A stretch of 56,221 bases of DNA, counting the filler, from Callorhinchus milii (lineage: Eukaryota), in assembly GCF_018977255.1 (NCBI RefSeq). It is 2 parts of 2 records of this genome, joined end to end, with 100 filler letters (N's around TTAATTAATTAA, not from the genome) between each part and the next. Parts side by side here need not be neighbours in the genome. Positions count along the whole stretch, not along the records: positions 1 to 28,064 come from NW_024705677.1; 1 more part is not named here. The stretch is one strand, 5' to 3'. A program made the position numbers and the translations under genes. Under the pieces are notes generated by a model. It was given only the letters and a program-made list of their open reading frames with translations. It did no database searches and was not told where the DNA came from. Positions 1 through 11,762 of this stretch are shown in pieces; position 1 is the stretch's first letter; the number at the start of each line of letters is the position of its first letter.

Positions 1-450
1 ATTAAGGTCCTGGAGTGGCCTAGCCAGTCTCCAGACCTTAATCCCATAGAAAATCTATGGAGGGAGCTGAAGGTTCGAGTTGCCAAACGTCAGCCTCGAA
101 ACCTTAATGACTTGGAGAAGATCTGCAAAGAGGAGTGGGACAAAATCCCTCCTGAGATGTGTGCAAACCTGGTGGCCAACTACAAGAAACGTCTGACCTC
201 TGTGATTGCCAACAAGGGTTTTGCCACCAAGTACTGTCATGTTTTGCAGAGGGGTCAAATACTTATTTCCCTCATTAAAATGCAAATCAATTTATAAAAA
301 ATTTACATGCGTTTTTCTGGATTTTGTTGTTGTTATTCTGTCTCTCACTGTTCAAATAAACCTACCATTAAAATTATAGACTGATCATTTATTTGTCAGT
401 GGGCAAACGTACAAAATCAGCAGGAGATCAAATACTTTTTTCCCTCACTG
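1..450 (+). mobile_element. Tc1/mariner transposon 3' end (transposase C-terminus + right TIR)
   Basis: Frame 1 reads [20 protein letters not shown]...KGFATKY (the SPDLNPIE motif of DD34E Tc1 transposases). Element ends ...TTTTTTCCCTCACTG followed by TA (451-452). No stop directly after TKY, so the copy is probably decayed. Confidence 0.92.
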
Positions 451-587
451 TATGTATGTTGAATTTCTTTGTAACCGTACGTAGCCAACCTCGCTAATGG
501 GAGGTGCGGCGGAAGGACAACAAACTAAAGACAACAGCAGCAGCAGCAGCTGTAACGAGAGGAGTGCCGTGCGCTGTGCACAGAGAC

Positions 588-664
588 CTTGCGCTTGCTG
601 GGAGCTGCCCTCACGTGCGACTCTCCCACGGTGGCCCAGCGTGAAGCAGCCCCCTTGCCTCCTC
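588..664 (-). CDS. PRDM9: PRDM9 copy 2 linker exon
   Basis: CGCAG|GAGGAGGCAAG...CGCAAG|GTCTCT, 77 nt, phase 1 to 0; paralog of 23150-23226. Confidence 0.55.
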
Positions 665-3600
665 CTGCGTGAGCACACGCACACACGTGAACACACGCAC
701 ACACGTGATCACACGTGAACACGTGAACACACGCACGCACGCAGCCGAAACGTCGTGAGAATTATTTTATTTTATTATGTTTTATTTTTATTATTTTATT
801 ACTTCCCTTCTACGTGACTTTACCGAAAGAACAAGAAGATGAATCCCTGCAGTCACGAAAGCTTTAATCGAAATCTACAGGGGGTCTCTGTGCGAGTCTA
901 CAGGGGGTCTCTGCGTGAGTCTACAGGGGGTCTCTGCGTGAGTCTACAGGGGTCTCTGTGCGAGTCTACAGGGGTTTCTGTGTGAGTCTACAGGGGGTCT
1001 CTGCGTGAGTCTACAGGGTGTCTCTGAGTGAGTCTACAGGGGTCTCTGTGTGAGTCTACAGGGGGTCTCTGTGTGAGTCTACAGAGGGTCTCTGCGTGAA
1101 TCTACAGAGGGTCTCTGCGTCAGTCTACAGGGGGTCTCTGCGTCAGTCTCCAGGGGTTGTCTGTGTGAGTCTACAGGGGTCTCTGCGTGAGTCTACAGGG
1201 GGTCTCTGTGTGGTCTACAGGGGCGGGTCTAATCTGCACGGTCTGCAAGCGCCCTTTTACGTTTGCCTCCACCTCTCGTCCTCCGTGCATCGCCACCTCC
1301 TTCCTCTTCCTCCTCCCCGTCCACTCCTCGTCGGAGTCGCTCGACCGCCCGCACTCCGCTCCATTCCCCTCCCCTGCGCTTGCCACGTGCGCGCATGAAC
1401 TCGGGCTGGGCCGGGTTCATCCCTGCGCAAGAAGGCAGTCGGTCATTGTTATTTGTACGTATTGGCGGTACAACCCGGTGCAGCATAGCAACACACCGGG
1501 TCCTCGTAACCAGTCCTGACGATGTGATTATTATCAGAGCGTGTTTGTTTGCGTGATCACCACAAGTACGCGTGGTTAATGCAGTAACTTGATTCCTTGC
1601 AAAAGGAATAATCTATCTGGTGTTTGAACATCTTATCGCCTCCTGTTTTATTGCCAGAAAGGGTAAAACCGATTCTTATTTTTCATACTTTGATTCTGGC
1701 AAAAAGGTCCCATGATATAGCTGCTCACCCCGAGCTATAGATGCTCTTGACACTGCATTGTCTTTGTACCGGTCGCCTTTTGGTGTTGTTCTCTGGTCTG
1801 ACACTGGTGAGACTAGGCCATGAAGAAGGCTGTCTCTGGGGTAGACCAATCAGTTTCAAAGACAATGATTAAATATTATCAAATACGTTAAACCCGTGAT
1901 GTTGATTCTACATGTGGAGCGAAAACCCGGAGGACCGGGAGAAAAATCATTGCGACCACGGGGAGAGTGAACATGCAAACTCCAAATACACAGCAGGCGT
2001 CAGGGTCAGGATCGAACACACGACCTCCTGTAGACCAGGAAAGGGAATTCACATCTCACCGGGGAGAGACACACGCAGACTCCAGATATATGACAGGCTT
2101 CGTCAGCGTCGGCATCGAAACCACGACCTCCTGTAGACTAGGCGAGGTAGTTAACATCTCACCCGGGAGAGACACACGCAGACTCCAGATATATGACAGG
2201 CATCGTCAGGGTCTCCATCGAACCCACGACCTCCTGTAGACCAGGCGAGGTAGTTAACATCTCACCGGGGAGAGACACACGCAGACTCCAGATATATGAC
2301 AGGCATCGTCAGGGTTGGCATCGAACCCACGACCTCCTGTAGACCATGAGAGGGAGTTAACATCTCGCCACCATGGCGGTCCATGCATGCCACGCTGCTA
2401 CGACGTTTTGGTCTCATCATTATAATTACTAACACGGTAGAACGAACACCTCAGCCGTGGCAGACCATTGTTATAATTCAGTGGGCTCACATGACATTGA
2501 CTTCTCCAAGACAGAGGTTCTCTGCAAGCCATCCGGCTACTATGAGAGATTCGTTCATGAGGCCATCCACATATACAAACACAGAGACAATTTCAACTGA
2601 GAAGATGGACTCTGGCTCAGCAATCATTGGAAGGACGTAATAAACCATTTCGGATCTTAACTGATTGTGTTCACGTTTTCTCCTCACGAAATGGAGTCTT
2701 TGCTCCGCTGCAAGTCTCCTTCTACCACTCTCCCATTGATATATTTCGTTGCTTCCTCTTCGTACCTTTCACGCGACGGTCAATGAGATGGTGTATAGCA
2801 GATTGTATAATAATAAATAGTATAACAGTGTAATGTCTAATATAATGTATAAGGTAATATATAGTATCGTAATTGTATAGTGAATATACAGCAGTGTGGT
2901 ATACAGTAGGGTGTGTAGAATAATACATAGTCTAATATTACAATGCATAGTCTAAGGTAGTGTATAGTAACGCAGTGTATAATTCAATGTTGGGTTTGTC
3001 TATGGCAGTGTATAGTACGGGGTATATGCGTGTGATGTAAGAAAAAAGTTTAGCTGGAGGCATATTATTTTTTTTTGCGACATAGAAGTGTAATGTATAA
3101 CTTACTGTTAGTACCTCAGCTTATTGGAGAGTATATTGAGTATATTGATTACATTGATGTATTTTAATTTTAGTTTTTTATCGGTTCACTATATGATAGT
3201 CATTATATAGTGTAGCGTATACCCAGTTACTTAATGTTAATAGCTCAGCTTATTGGAGAGTATATTGAGCACATTGATTACACTGGTCAACAACAACAAA
3301 AAGATTTCTGGCCTGGACTTTTGCAGCTGTTTTAGACTAGTTTCAGGGTGCCGATTCCAAATCTGATCTCAGATTTGCTCTATCACATCATTTTTAAATC
3401 CTTTATATTAAGTTCGCGTGCTTGCGTGCTTGCTTGCTTAGGACCGTGCAAATCTTTCGGTCGTTTTTTAACCCACTTCCCGTGATCCAATCGAGCTGAC
3501 ATTTTCCACACAGACTCGTTGTGCCAGACAATTATTGTTCGTGAAAAAAAATTCCCAAAATTTTACACTTTTTAGGCAAAAAAAAATATTTTACATATAT

Positions 3601-4901
3601 TCAAATAGAACGCATTCATGGCTTTGGCTGAACGTCAGAGTGTAAGAGCCCAGAGCATAACCCCTCCACAGGCCGTGGCGGAGTAGCGCAGTTGGTAGCG
3701 CCCTCGCTTCCCATGCCAAAGGTCGCGGGATCGATCCCCGCGTCCTCCACAGGCGAATATATTTTTAAATCCTTTATATTAAGTTCGCTGCCACGCATAT
3801 AAAGGATTTATAGTGAAAAACTTTGTTTTTACGGGTTATACTTATATGCTATCGGCATACTCCATTTTCATTGATTTTACCCGAAATTTACTCTGTCACT
3901 TATGATTGCAAGTTGTTGCGAGTCAGTGACTGCTTTAGTGTTAAAATATGGTGCTGTATTTTTAGGATAGTGTGTTTATGATATCATTTTATGTAGATAT
4001 CCACATTTATTTAATATTTTTCTTCTGCAGTTTTTATTGAAAATGCAATATTTCATATCTCAAAAACCTGATGTGATAGACAAAAACTGATGCCAGATTT
4101 GGAGTCAGAACCCCAAAATTACCTTAAACCCGTTGGAATACCTTATGCCAGAAAAAGTGTGTTGACCAGTGTTATATTGATAACACTGCTAAATTCCTCT
4201 TGATATGTAAATGCCTTTGTCAAGGCGCCCTCCTCCTCTAACCCAGCTTAAATATACGCTGCCAAGCTTGGCGGTGTTCATTGGGACGCTGTCTTTCCGA
4301 CAGCTCTGTTTCTTCACCTGAGGACGGCTGCTTGTGTTGTGGCCGAAACGTCGTGATAATTATTTTATTATGTTTTATTTTTATTAGTCATGTAGAAGGG
4401 AAATAATCCAAATAAAACAAAAAATACAATTATTATGTTTTATTCAATAATAAAAATATAAAAATAAAACATAAAATACAATTATTCTGTTTATTTTTTA
4501 TTATTTTATTACTTCCCTTCTACGTGACTTTACCGAAAGAACCAAGAAGATTTCGATTTAAAGCTTTCGTGACTGCAGGGATTCATCTTCTTGGTTCTTT
4601 CGGTAAAGTCACGTAGAATAATAAAATAATAAAAATAAAACATAATAAAATAATTGTATTATGTTTTATTTTTATTATTTTATTATTTCCATTCTACGTG
4701 ACTTTACCGAAAGAACCAAGAAGATGAACCAAGAAGATGAATTAGTTTAGTTGCGAAGAGGCTCGGCCTGCCGTACCCACCGAGGTTCAGCAGGACGGCG
4801 TGGTTCTGCTTGATGTTCCTGTAGCGCCGCTTCTCGCACTCGGCCAGATCGCTCCACTCGGCCTTGGTGAAGAAGCCTCTGATGTCTCGGAAGTCGCCCA
4901 T
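588..4901 (-). CDS. PRDM9: PRDM9-like copy 2, 5' part (exons 4901-4781, 1422-1261, 664-588); continues beyond window start; possibly a pseudogene
   Basis: KRAB exon, post-KRAB exon and linker exon, with phases 1/1/0. The latter two are near-identical to exons of copy 1. Confidence 0.75.
875..1222. repeat. ~22-23-bp minisatellite GAGTCTACAGGGG(G)TCTCTGYGT (copy 2 intron)
   Basis: About 15 visible tandem units. Confidence 0.95.
1261..1422 (-). CDS. PRDM9: PRDM9 copy 2 post-KRAB exon with -2/+5 compensating indels
   Basis: Acceptor GCGCAG|GGATGAAC. Reads [17 protein letters not shown], then frame-shifted relative to copy 1, and returns to the copy 1 frame before the probable donor. Confidence 0.7.
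1890..2372 (-). repeat. SINE-like element with tandemly repeated ~120-bp head
   Basis: Three to four ~120-bp units (ATCGAACCCACGACCTCCTGTAGACCAGG); related sequence at 11915-12070, 20233-20530, 21420-21490, 21700-21815. Confidence 0.6.
2451..2650 (+). mobile_element. Penelope-like element GIY-YIG endonuclease C-terminal relic
   Basis: SAVADHCYNSVGSHDIDFSKTEVLCK...ERFVHEAIHIYKHRDNFN*EDGLWLSNHW, a typical PLE endonuclease tail with an internal stop. Confidence 0.75.
3281..4171. mobile_element. Non-autonomous TIR DNA transposon (Chapaev3-like)
   Basis: TIR CACTGGTCAACA...TGTTGACCAGTG with TTA on both sides (3278-3280, 4172-4174); contains a nested HINE-like insertion. Confidence 0.65.
3677..3749 (+). 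repeat. tRNA-derived head (A/B boxes) inside a nested repeat
   Basis: GGCGGAGTAGCGCAGTTGGTAGCGC...GGATCGATCCCC; anticodon arm pairs poorly. Confidence 0.6.
4314..4356 (+). ncRNA. Minimal type I hammerhead ribozyme (Penelope pLTR)
   Basis: TCAC-CTGAGGA-C-GGCTGC..GTGGCC-GAAAC-GTC-GTGA: core CUGANGA/GAAA, helix I TCAC/GTGA, loopless palindromic helix III ACGU. Confidence 0.8.
4781..4901 (-). CDS. PRDM9: PRDM9-type ancestral KRAB exon (copy 2)
   Basis: MGDFRDIRGFFTKAEWSDLAECEKRRYRNIKQNHAVLLNL-G resembles the PRDM9/SSX KRAB (FxDIxxYFTKEEW...EKxRYRNxKxN). Donor CTCG|GTGGGT is phase 1. Confidence 0.85.
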
Positions 4902-5011
4902 CTCCTGCTGCTGCTGCTGCTGAGGCGCAGAGACACGGAGGGACGAGACGCGGACGACGGTCAGACGCAGTCACGGAGATGGAGTCACATGGAGACAGAG
5001 TCACAGGGATA

Positions 5012-5493
5012 CGAGACTAAGATCCCCCGTGTGGCCTTAACAGACTGTCGGGTCAAGCGCTGTGAGCGAGCGGCGCCTATGAAGGCCGGAACGACACACG
5101 AGGGGGTGGGTGGCCAGCACCACGCCCGGCCGCCTTTGTCTCCCCAGTGGCGATGTTCACTACACACCGCTACACCAGGAACTCATTTGAGGCTGAGTCG
5201 ACCTAGGGGAAGAGGCCCAGGACCGGTCAGAGACTCCAGTTCCATTCCCGCTCACGGCCACCACCAACAGCGGTGACGATCATCTGAACCGGTCGTGGAC
5301 CTCATCCCCTAGGTCGACTCAGCCTCAAATGAGCACCCGGTGTAGCGGTGTGTGAACATCGCCACTGGGGAGACAAAGGCGGCCGGGCGTGGTGCTGGCC
5401 ACCCACCCCCTCGTGTGCCACAGCGCCGGTAGCCTTAGTAGGTGCTGCTCGCTAACAGCCTGTTAGAGGCTACACGGGGGATCTTTGTCTTTG
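5012..5493. repeat. Two SINE copies head-to-head (inverted pair)
   Basis: 5021-5210 is the reverse complement of ~5306-5490; same family at 14085-14520, 23330-23620, 23955-24200. Confidence 0.8.
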
Positions 5494-6490
5494 TGGTAAA
5501 GTGTGTGAACTCCCACCTCTACCATGACGTACTAGCTCCAGCTTTACCTCCACCTGAGGTAACCTCAGGTTACCTAAGATAGAGGTAACCTTTACCTCAG
5601 ATGAGGTAACATTACCTCAGGTGAGGTAACTTTACCTTAGGTAGAGGTAAAGTTACCTCTATCCGAGGTAAAGTAACATTACCTCAGGTGAAGTAACTTT
5701 ACCTCATGTGAGGTAACATTAACTCAGGTAAATGTAACATTTGAGGTAAACCGAACGTATTCACATCACTTCAGCTAATGCCCATATTGTAATATTCTCA
5801 CGTAGTTAAATCATTAAACACAATTATCGCGTGATTATTACCTCAGGGTAAGGTAATCGGAATGCAATGGAAGGTGAGGTAACTTTACCTCAGGCGACGT
5901 AACTTTACCTCAGGCGAGGTAACGTCACCTCAGGTAAATGTAACATTACTTGAGGTAATCCGAACGTATTCACATCACTTCAGCTAATGCTCATATTTTT
6001 ACGCTAATATCGTAATATCGTCACGTGGTTAAATCGTTAAACACAACGCTCGCGTGACGTCACCACCTCAGTGTCGAGCCGTCGACACTTCACGCGGCAG
6101 CCTCGAAGTGCACCCAGCCTGGCACAGGCGCCGTGGTGACGTCACCGTCACTGAGTGGCCAATGGCGGCGATTGGTGGTGGTGGGGGGAGTGGGGGTGAG
6201 TGGGGGTGGGGGGAGGAGGGGTGGGGGCGGAATGGCGGTTGGGGGAGTGGGGGGTGGGGAGGGGGGGCGAGGGGGTGGGGGTGAGTGGGTGCAGAATGGC
6301 GGTTGGTGAGTGGTGGGAGGGGGGAATGGAGGGTGGGAGGGGTGGGGGAAGTGGGGGGAGTGAGGTGGGGGGTGGGGGGTGATGGGGTGGGGGGGAGTGG
6401 GTGGGGTTTTATAATTATCGGAGGTTTTTCGGTAAAGTCACGAAGGCAAAAAAAAATCAAAATTAATGAAAGTAAAATTAAATAAAAATA

Positions 6491-6530
6491 ACGACGTTTC
6501 GGAGGCAACACAAGCTTCCGTCTTCAGGTG
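6491..6530 (-). ncRNA. Minimal hammerhead ribozyme, inverted partner of 6579-6619
   Basis: Exact reverse complement over the ribozyme core. Confidence 0.72.
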
Positions 6531-6578
6531 GAACCGTCACAGCCCGACAGCTGTATCCAGTACTTGATGTGACGGTTC

Positions 6579-6619
6579 CACCTGAAGACGGAAGCTTGTG
6601 TTGCCTCCGAAACGTCGTG
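6579..6619 (+). ncRNA. Minimal type I hammerhead ribozyme
   Basis: CAC-CTGAAGA-C-GGA..TCC-GAAAC-GTC-GTG. Confidence 0.78.
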
Positions 6620-9525
6620 ATTTTTATTTTATTTTACTTTTATTAATTTTGTTTTTTTTACCTACGTGACTTTACCGAAAAACCTAAGAATATGAATCCT
6701 TGCAGTCACGAAAGCTTCAAATCTAGAATGATCTGAGTCGCAAAAGTTAGCTCAAGTGAGGTAACATTACCTCAGGTAGAGGTAACTTTACCTCAGGTGA
6801 AGTAGCTTTTCCTCAGGTGAGGTAACTTTACCTTAGGCGAGATAACTTTACCTTAGGCAGAGGTAAAATTGCCTCAGGTAAGGTAACATAATCTCAAATG
6901 AGGTAACTTTACATCATGCGAGGTAACAACATTACCTTAGATGAAGTAAAATTACTTCAGATGAGGTAACTTTTCTGAGGTGAATTAACTTTACTTCAGG
7001 TAGAGGTAACATTTCCCCAGGTATGGTAACTTTACCTCAGGTGATATAACTTTATGTCAGAGAGAGATGACTTTACCTCAGGTGAGGTAACTTTACCTCA
7101 CCTGAGGTAACATTATTTGAGATAGAGGTAACTTGACCTCAGGCGAGGTAACTTTACCTCAGATGAGGTAACTTTACCTTAAGTGAGGTAAATTTACCTC
7201 AGGTAAATGTAACATTACTTGAGGTAATCCGAACGTATTCACATCACTTCAGCTAATGCTCATATTGTAATATTCTCACGTAGTTAAATCATTAAACACA
7301 ATTATCGCGTGATTATTACCTCAGGGTAAGGTAATCGGAATGCAATGGAAGGCGAGGTAACTTTACCTCAGGTGAGGTAAAGTTACCTCACGTGAGGTAA
7401 CATTACCTCAAGCGATGTAATATAACGTTAGGTCGAGGTAACTTTACCTCAGGCAGAGGTAAACTTACGTCAGGTAAGGCAACATTATCTCAAATGAGGT
7501 AACTTTACATCATGCGAGGTAATAACATTACCTTAGGTGAAGTAAAATTACTTCAGGTGAGATCACTTTACCTCAGCTGAGGTAACTTTACCTCGCGGGA
7601 GGTAACATCAACTCAGGTAAATGTAACATTACTTGAGGTAATCCGAACGTATTCACATCACTTCAGCTAATGTTCATATTTTTACGCTAATATCGTAATA
7701 TCGTCACGTGGTTAAATCGTTAAACACAACGCTCGCGTGACGTCACCACCTCAGTGTCGAGCCGTCGACACTTCACGCGGCAGCCTCGAAGTGCACCCAG
7801 CCTGGCACAGGCGCCGTGGTGACGTCACCGTCACTCAGTGGCCAATGGCGGCGGTTGGTGGTGGTGGGGGGGCGAGACGCGTGACGTCACCACGCAGTGA
7901 CGTCATCAGTTTTAAGAGTTAAATTTTATTCTGGAAGAATCCGATGAGCTGTGAAGCTCTTTGTCCAGTAGGGGCACGTGGTCAGAACGCCACAACAACA
8001 AACACAACACAATAAACACCGTAGCAGTGCAGAGTATAGGAAAGGTAGGCACATGACCAAAACACATCTGTAGGGGCGTGTGAATTGAAGTCTGTAGGGG
8101 CGTGTGAATTGAAGTCTGTAGGACAGTGTGATGTGTAATTTTGTTGGGTCATAGTTTTACCATCCTTGAGGTGCAGGGTTGACGACTGGGATTGGTGTTG
8201 TTAGGATTAGCAGTGAGCAGTTGTGACCAGGTGCTGCTGTGTGTAACGACTACAGATAACGCCAGGGGGGGGGGGGAGTTTAAGAGCCGGGAGCCGACAG
8301 CTTGGGGCTCGCAGTGGCTACAGCGACTATTGGAACGGTCGATGCGGCCTCTGCGTTAAACAGCAGAAGACAACGGCACAGTCTGGTTCTCCTACAACGC
8401 CGCGTGTTAGTTTGAACAACGCCGATTGGATGATATAACGCCATGAATGATGTGTAGGGGAACACGCTGTTTGTGACGCGGATGCGGATTGGATGCAACG
8501 CGAGCGAGCGAACGGAACGAGGTCGCAACGCGAGTAGGAACAAGCGGTTCTCCGTGCGGCTGCCTCGGCGTAGCGGCATCACGCGAGGAGGCATTGGGAT
8601 GCTGCTGGATGCTGCTTCTAGACGCTACCGACGCGCCTCAGTCGTAGTCCGGCCTCTGTCTTACCCATCATCTCGCGTGTTGTCGCGGACCACGCTTCAC
8701 CCCCATAGTTTATATTATTTCTCCACAACGCGGTGTTCTTCAGGAACGTAACAATGACCACCTCTTCTTCTTAGTTCTTTCGGTAAAGTCACAATAAATT
8801 TATTGTTTTATTTTTATTAGTTTATTATTAAATAAAAATTGTATTATTAAATAATAAAACACGTTATTGTTAAATTTATTTTATTTTATTATTAAATAAC
8901 ATTTGTATTATTAAATAATAAAACAATAAAAAGAAAAAAATACTTTATTGTTTTATTTTTATTATTTCCATTCTACGTGACTTTACCGAAAGAACCAAGA
9001 AGATGAATCCCTGCAGTCACGAAAGCTTTAAATCGAAATGACCACCGCGTTACAGGAGAACAACAGATCGTGAACGCGCTTTGACGATTCGTGGCAACGG
9101 CAACACAAAGCGCCACGCGCAGTCTCCAGCGGTGTCTGTGATGAAGGTTTTTGTCGTCGTTGCTGTTGCTGCTGCTGGGTTAGATGGCGTTGGATCACAA
9201 TCCTGGCACATCGCCCGATGAAACCGGTCGCCGTTATTTGTAATCACCGGCGAAACGTCACCGGTACTCGAATTGTAAATGCTGTTGTGGGTTCACTCTC
9301 CCCGACACACAAGCGCTGTGTGTGCTGACGTTGGTAACCAATTGTCACGTTTCGTTTACGTGACGAACCCTGACTGATTGGCCGTGTCAGGCGATGGTGG
9401 TGGGTGGTGGTGGGTTAACGACACAATGTTTATGTTTACGAGATCTCTAACCCAACAACAAAAACCAAACCTCTGTCACGAAAAAGTATCACCACAGAGC
9501 AAGTCGCTCCGACCTCCTGGAGATA

Positions 9526-10689
9526 CCGGTGTAACAGGCTAAAAATTAACCCGTAAAAACTAAAGTTTTTCACTATAAATCCTTTATATGCGTGGCGGCT
9601 AGAGTCCTCTCGTCCTCTGGCTTGAGATGGCTGCCACCTATGGCTCAGATGATTGCCTGCCACCATTAAGCAATTGGTAATTAAATATTTTTTCTTTTTT
9701 CCTAAAAAGTGTAAAATTTTGGGAAAAAATTTTCACGAAAATAAATTGCACGCACAACGAGTCTGTGTGCAAAATGTCAGCTCGATTGGATCACGGGAAG
9801 TCGGTTAAAAAACGACCGAAAGATTTGCACGGTCGTAAGCGTGCAAGCAAGCAAGCCAACTTAATATAAAGGATTTAAAAATAACCCCGGCCCCGATTAA
9901 ACCCGCGGGTATAGTTTGGCCCAGGCCAGAGTATACCCGGGGGATAAAGTGTCCTAGGCTAAACTAGACCCGGGGGTTTAAACTAGACTGGTCCAGACCA
10001 TACACCCCTCCAGGGCAGAACATGCCCCATGTGAAAGTTCAAAGGCAATTATCCATACAGAGAACAGCCGACAACGAACTTCAATCTATATCTAAAAAGC
10101 GTATAAATGGAAGTAAGAATCTCAATTTGATCAATTGAAGCATTTTTAGGGTTTGAAGCAATCAAAGTCTATGTAAAATTTCGATTTAAAGCTTTCGTGA
10201 CTGCAGGGATTCATCTTCTTGGTTATTTCGGTAAAGTCACGTAGAAGGGAAATAATAAAATAATAATAAAACATAATAAAACAATATAATAATATAATGA
10301 AATAATATTATAAAAATAATATATCAATAAAATATTAAAATAATATAATACCATAATATAATAATACAATATTATACAATAATATAATTATTTATTATGT
10401 TTTCATTTATTTTATTATTTCCCTTCTACGTGACTTTACCGAAAGAACCAAGAAGATGAAAAGTCTACGTGTTTACAGTTTTAAATAAAATGTTGGAAAA
10501 ATTTAGTAATTCACGTGTATATCGCTCAACACTATAACTATCATGGGGTATAATTTGGCCTAGAGGGGTATTATTTGGCCTCGGCCATAATATACACCAG
10601 ACTATAAATTGGCCTAGGCCATAATACACCCGGGTACAATGTAGCCTAGGCCGCTTGAACCCCGGGTAGACTACGGCCTGTTGCACCGG
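9526..10689. mobile_element. Non-autonomous TIR element with palindromic subterminal repeats and nested insertions
   Basis: TIR CCGGTGTAACAGGC...GCCTGTTGCACCGG; internal CCCGGG/GGCCTAGGCC repeats. Confidence 0.55.
9575..9878. mobile_element. Helentron-associated (HINE/DINE-like) element
   Basis: Subterminal IR AAATCCTTTATAT...ATATAAAGGATTT and (CAAG)n microsatellite; copies at 21935-22237 and, inverted, at 3396-3810. Confidence 0.55.
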
Positions 10690-10798
10690 CACGGGCTGTG
10701 TGAGCTGGGCCGCCTTCACAACCAACGAGACGCCGCCGCTGCCAATTGGGACCAAGACGGCAGCGCTGCCTCCACCGGTCCAGTGAGGTCATCCTCAA

Positions 10799-11762
10799 CA
10801 GGAGATTTTAGTTTTCGATTTGAAGATTTCGTCACTACAGGGATTCATGTTCTTGGTTGTTTCGGTAGTCACGGAGAAGGGAAGTAATAAAATAATAAAA
10901 AATAAAACATAATAAAACAAAATAATATAATAAAATATTATATATTTTTTTATATTATATTATTTTATTATTTTTATTTCATTATTTTATTACTTCCCTT
11001 CTACGTGACTTATATAATAATATATTATACTGGTAGGAACGAAGTGAACCAGCCTACAATAGATTATATCGTCCGTCCGTCCGTCCGATGTCCGATTAGG
11101 TGTAGCAACATCGCCCCCTACTGCAAACACTTGGCAGGACCCTACAAAAACCTTTACACTCAGTGAGGCTTTCCTGGCTAAACAAGTGTAATAATACATT
11201 ATGTTTATATTCTTTGGTTATTCGTTCCTACCAGCCCACCCCGCAGGGACCTGTTATTAGTATATTATTTTATAATATTTTATTATGTTTTATTTTTATT
11301 ATTGTATTACTTCCCTTCTAAGTGACTTATATAATAATATGTTATATTATTATATTATTTATTATATCATATTATTTTATTATGTTTTATTTTTGTTATT
11401 TTATTACTTCCCTTCTACGTGACTTTGCCGAAAGAACCAAGAAGAGGAGATTTTTTTTCGATTTGAAGATTTCGTGACTACAGGGATTCATATTCTTGGT
11501 TATTTCGGTAGAGTCACGTAGAAGGGAAATAGTAAAATAATAAAAATAAAACAATACAATTCTCACGACGTTTCGATTGCAACACAAGCAATCATCAACA
11601 GGTGTGAAAACCACAGCAATACATTTTTTTTTGCTGTGGGTTTCATAACCTGATGATGATTGCTTGTGTTGCAATCAAACGTCGTGTTAATTTGATTCAG
11701 AAATTTTTATTATTTTATTATTTCCCTTCTACGTGACTTTACCGAAAGAACCAAGAATATAG
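10799..11762. mobile_element. Cluster of Penelope-like pLTR fragments in alternating orientation, with degenerate hammerheads (11565-11605 minus, 11646-11686 plus)
   Basis: Repeated CTACGTGACTTTACCGAAAGAACCAAGAA motif in both orientations; also at 745-873, 4360-4735, 6423-6725, 8765-9040, 10178-10460, 27350-27400. Confidence 0.7.
11030..11260 (+). mobile_element. HINE/DINE-1-like non-autonomous Helentron
   Basis: SubTIR CTGGTAGGAACGAA (11030) / TTCGTTCCTACCAG (11221), (GTCC)n microsatellite, short 3' hairpin. Confidence 0.6.

Larger units (their letters stand above)
5540..7870. repeat. Palindromic ~20-bp satellite (GAGGTAACTTTACCTCAGGT) in two duplicated blocks
   Basis: The unit is its own inverted repeat (GAGGTAA/TTACCTC). 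5700-6185 is duplicated at ~7170-7870. Confidence 0.85.

Noticed and set aside
3677..3749. Possible tRNA gene
   Set aside because: Anticodon stem pairs poorly and it lies inside nested repeats; treated as a tRNA-derived repeat head.
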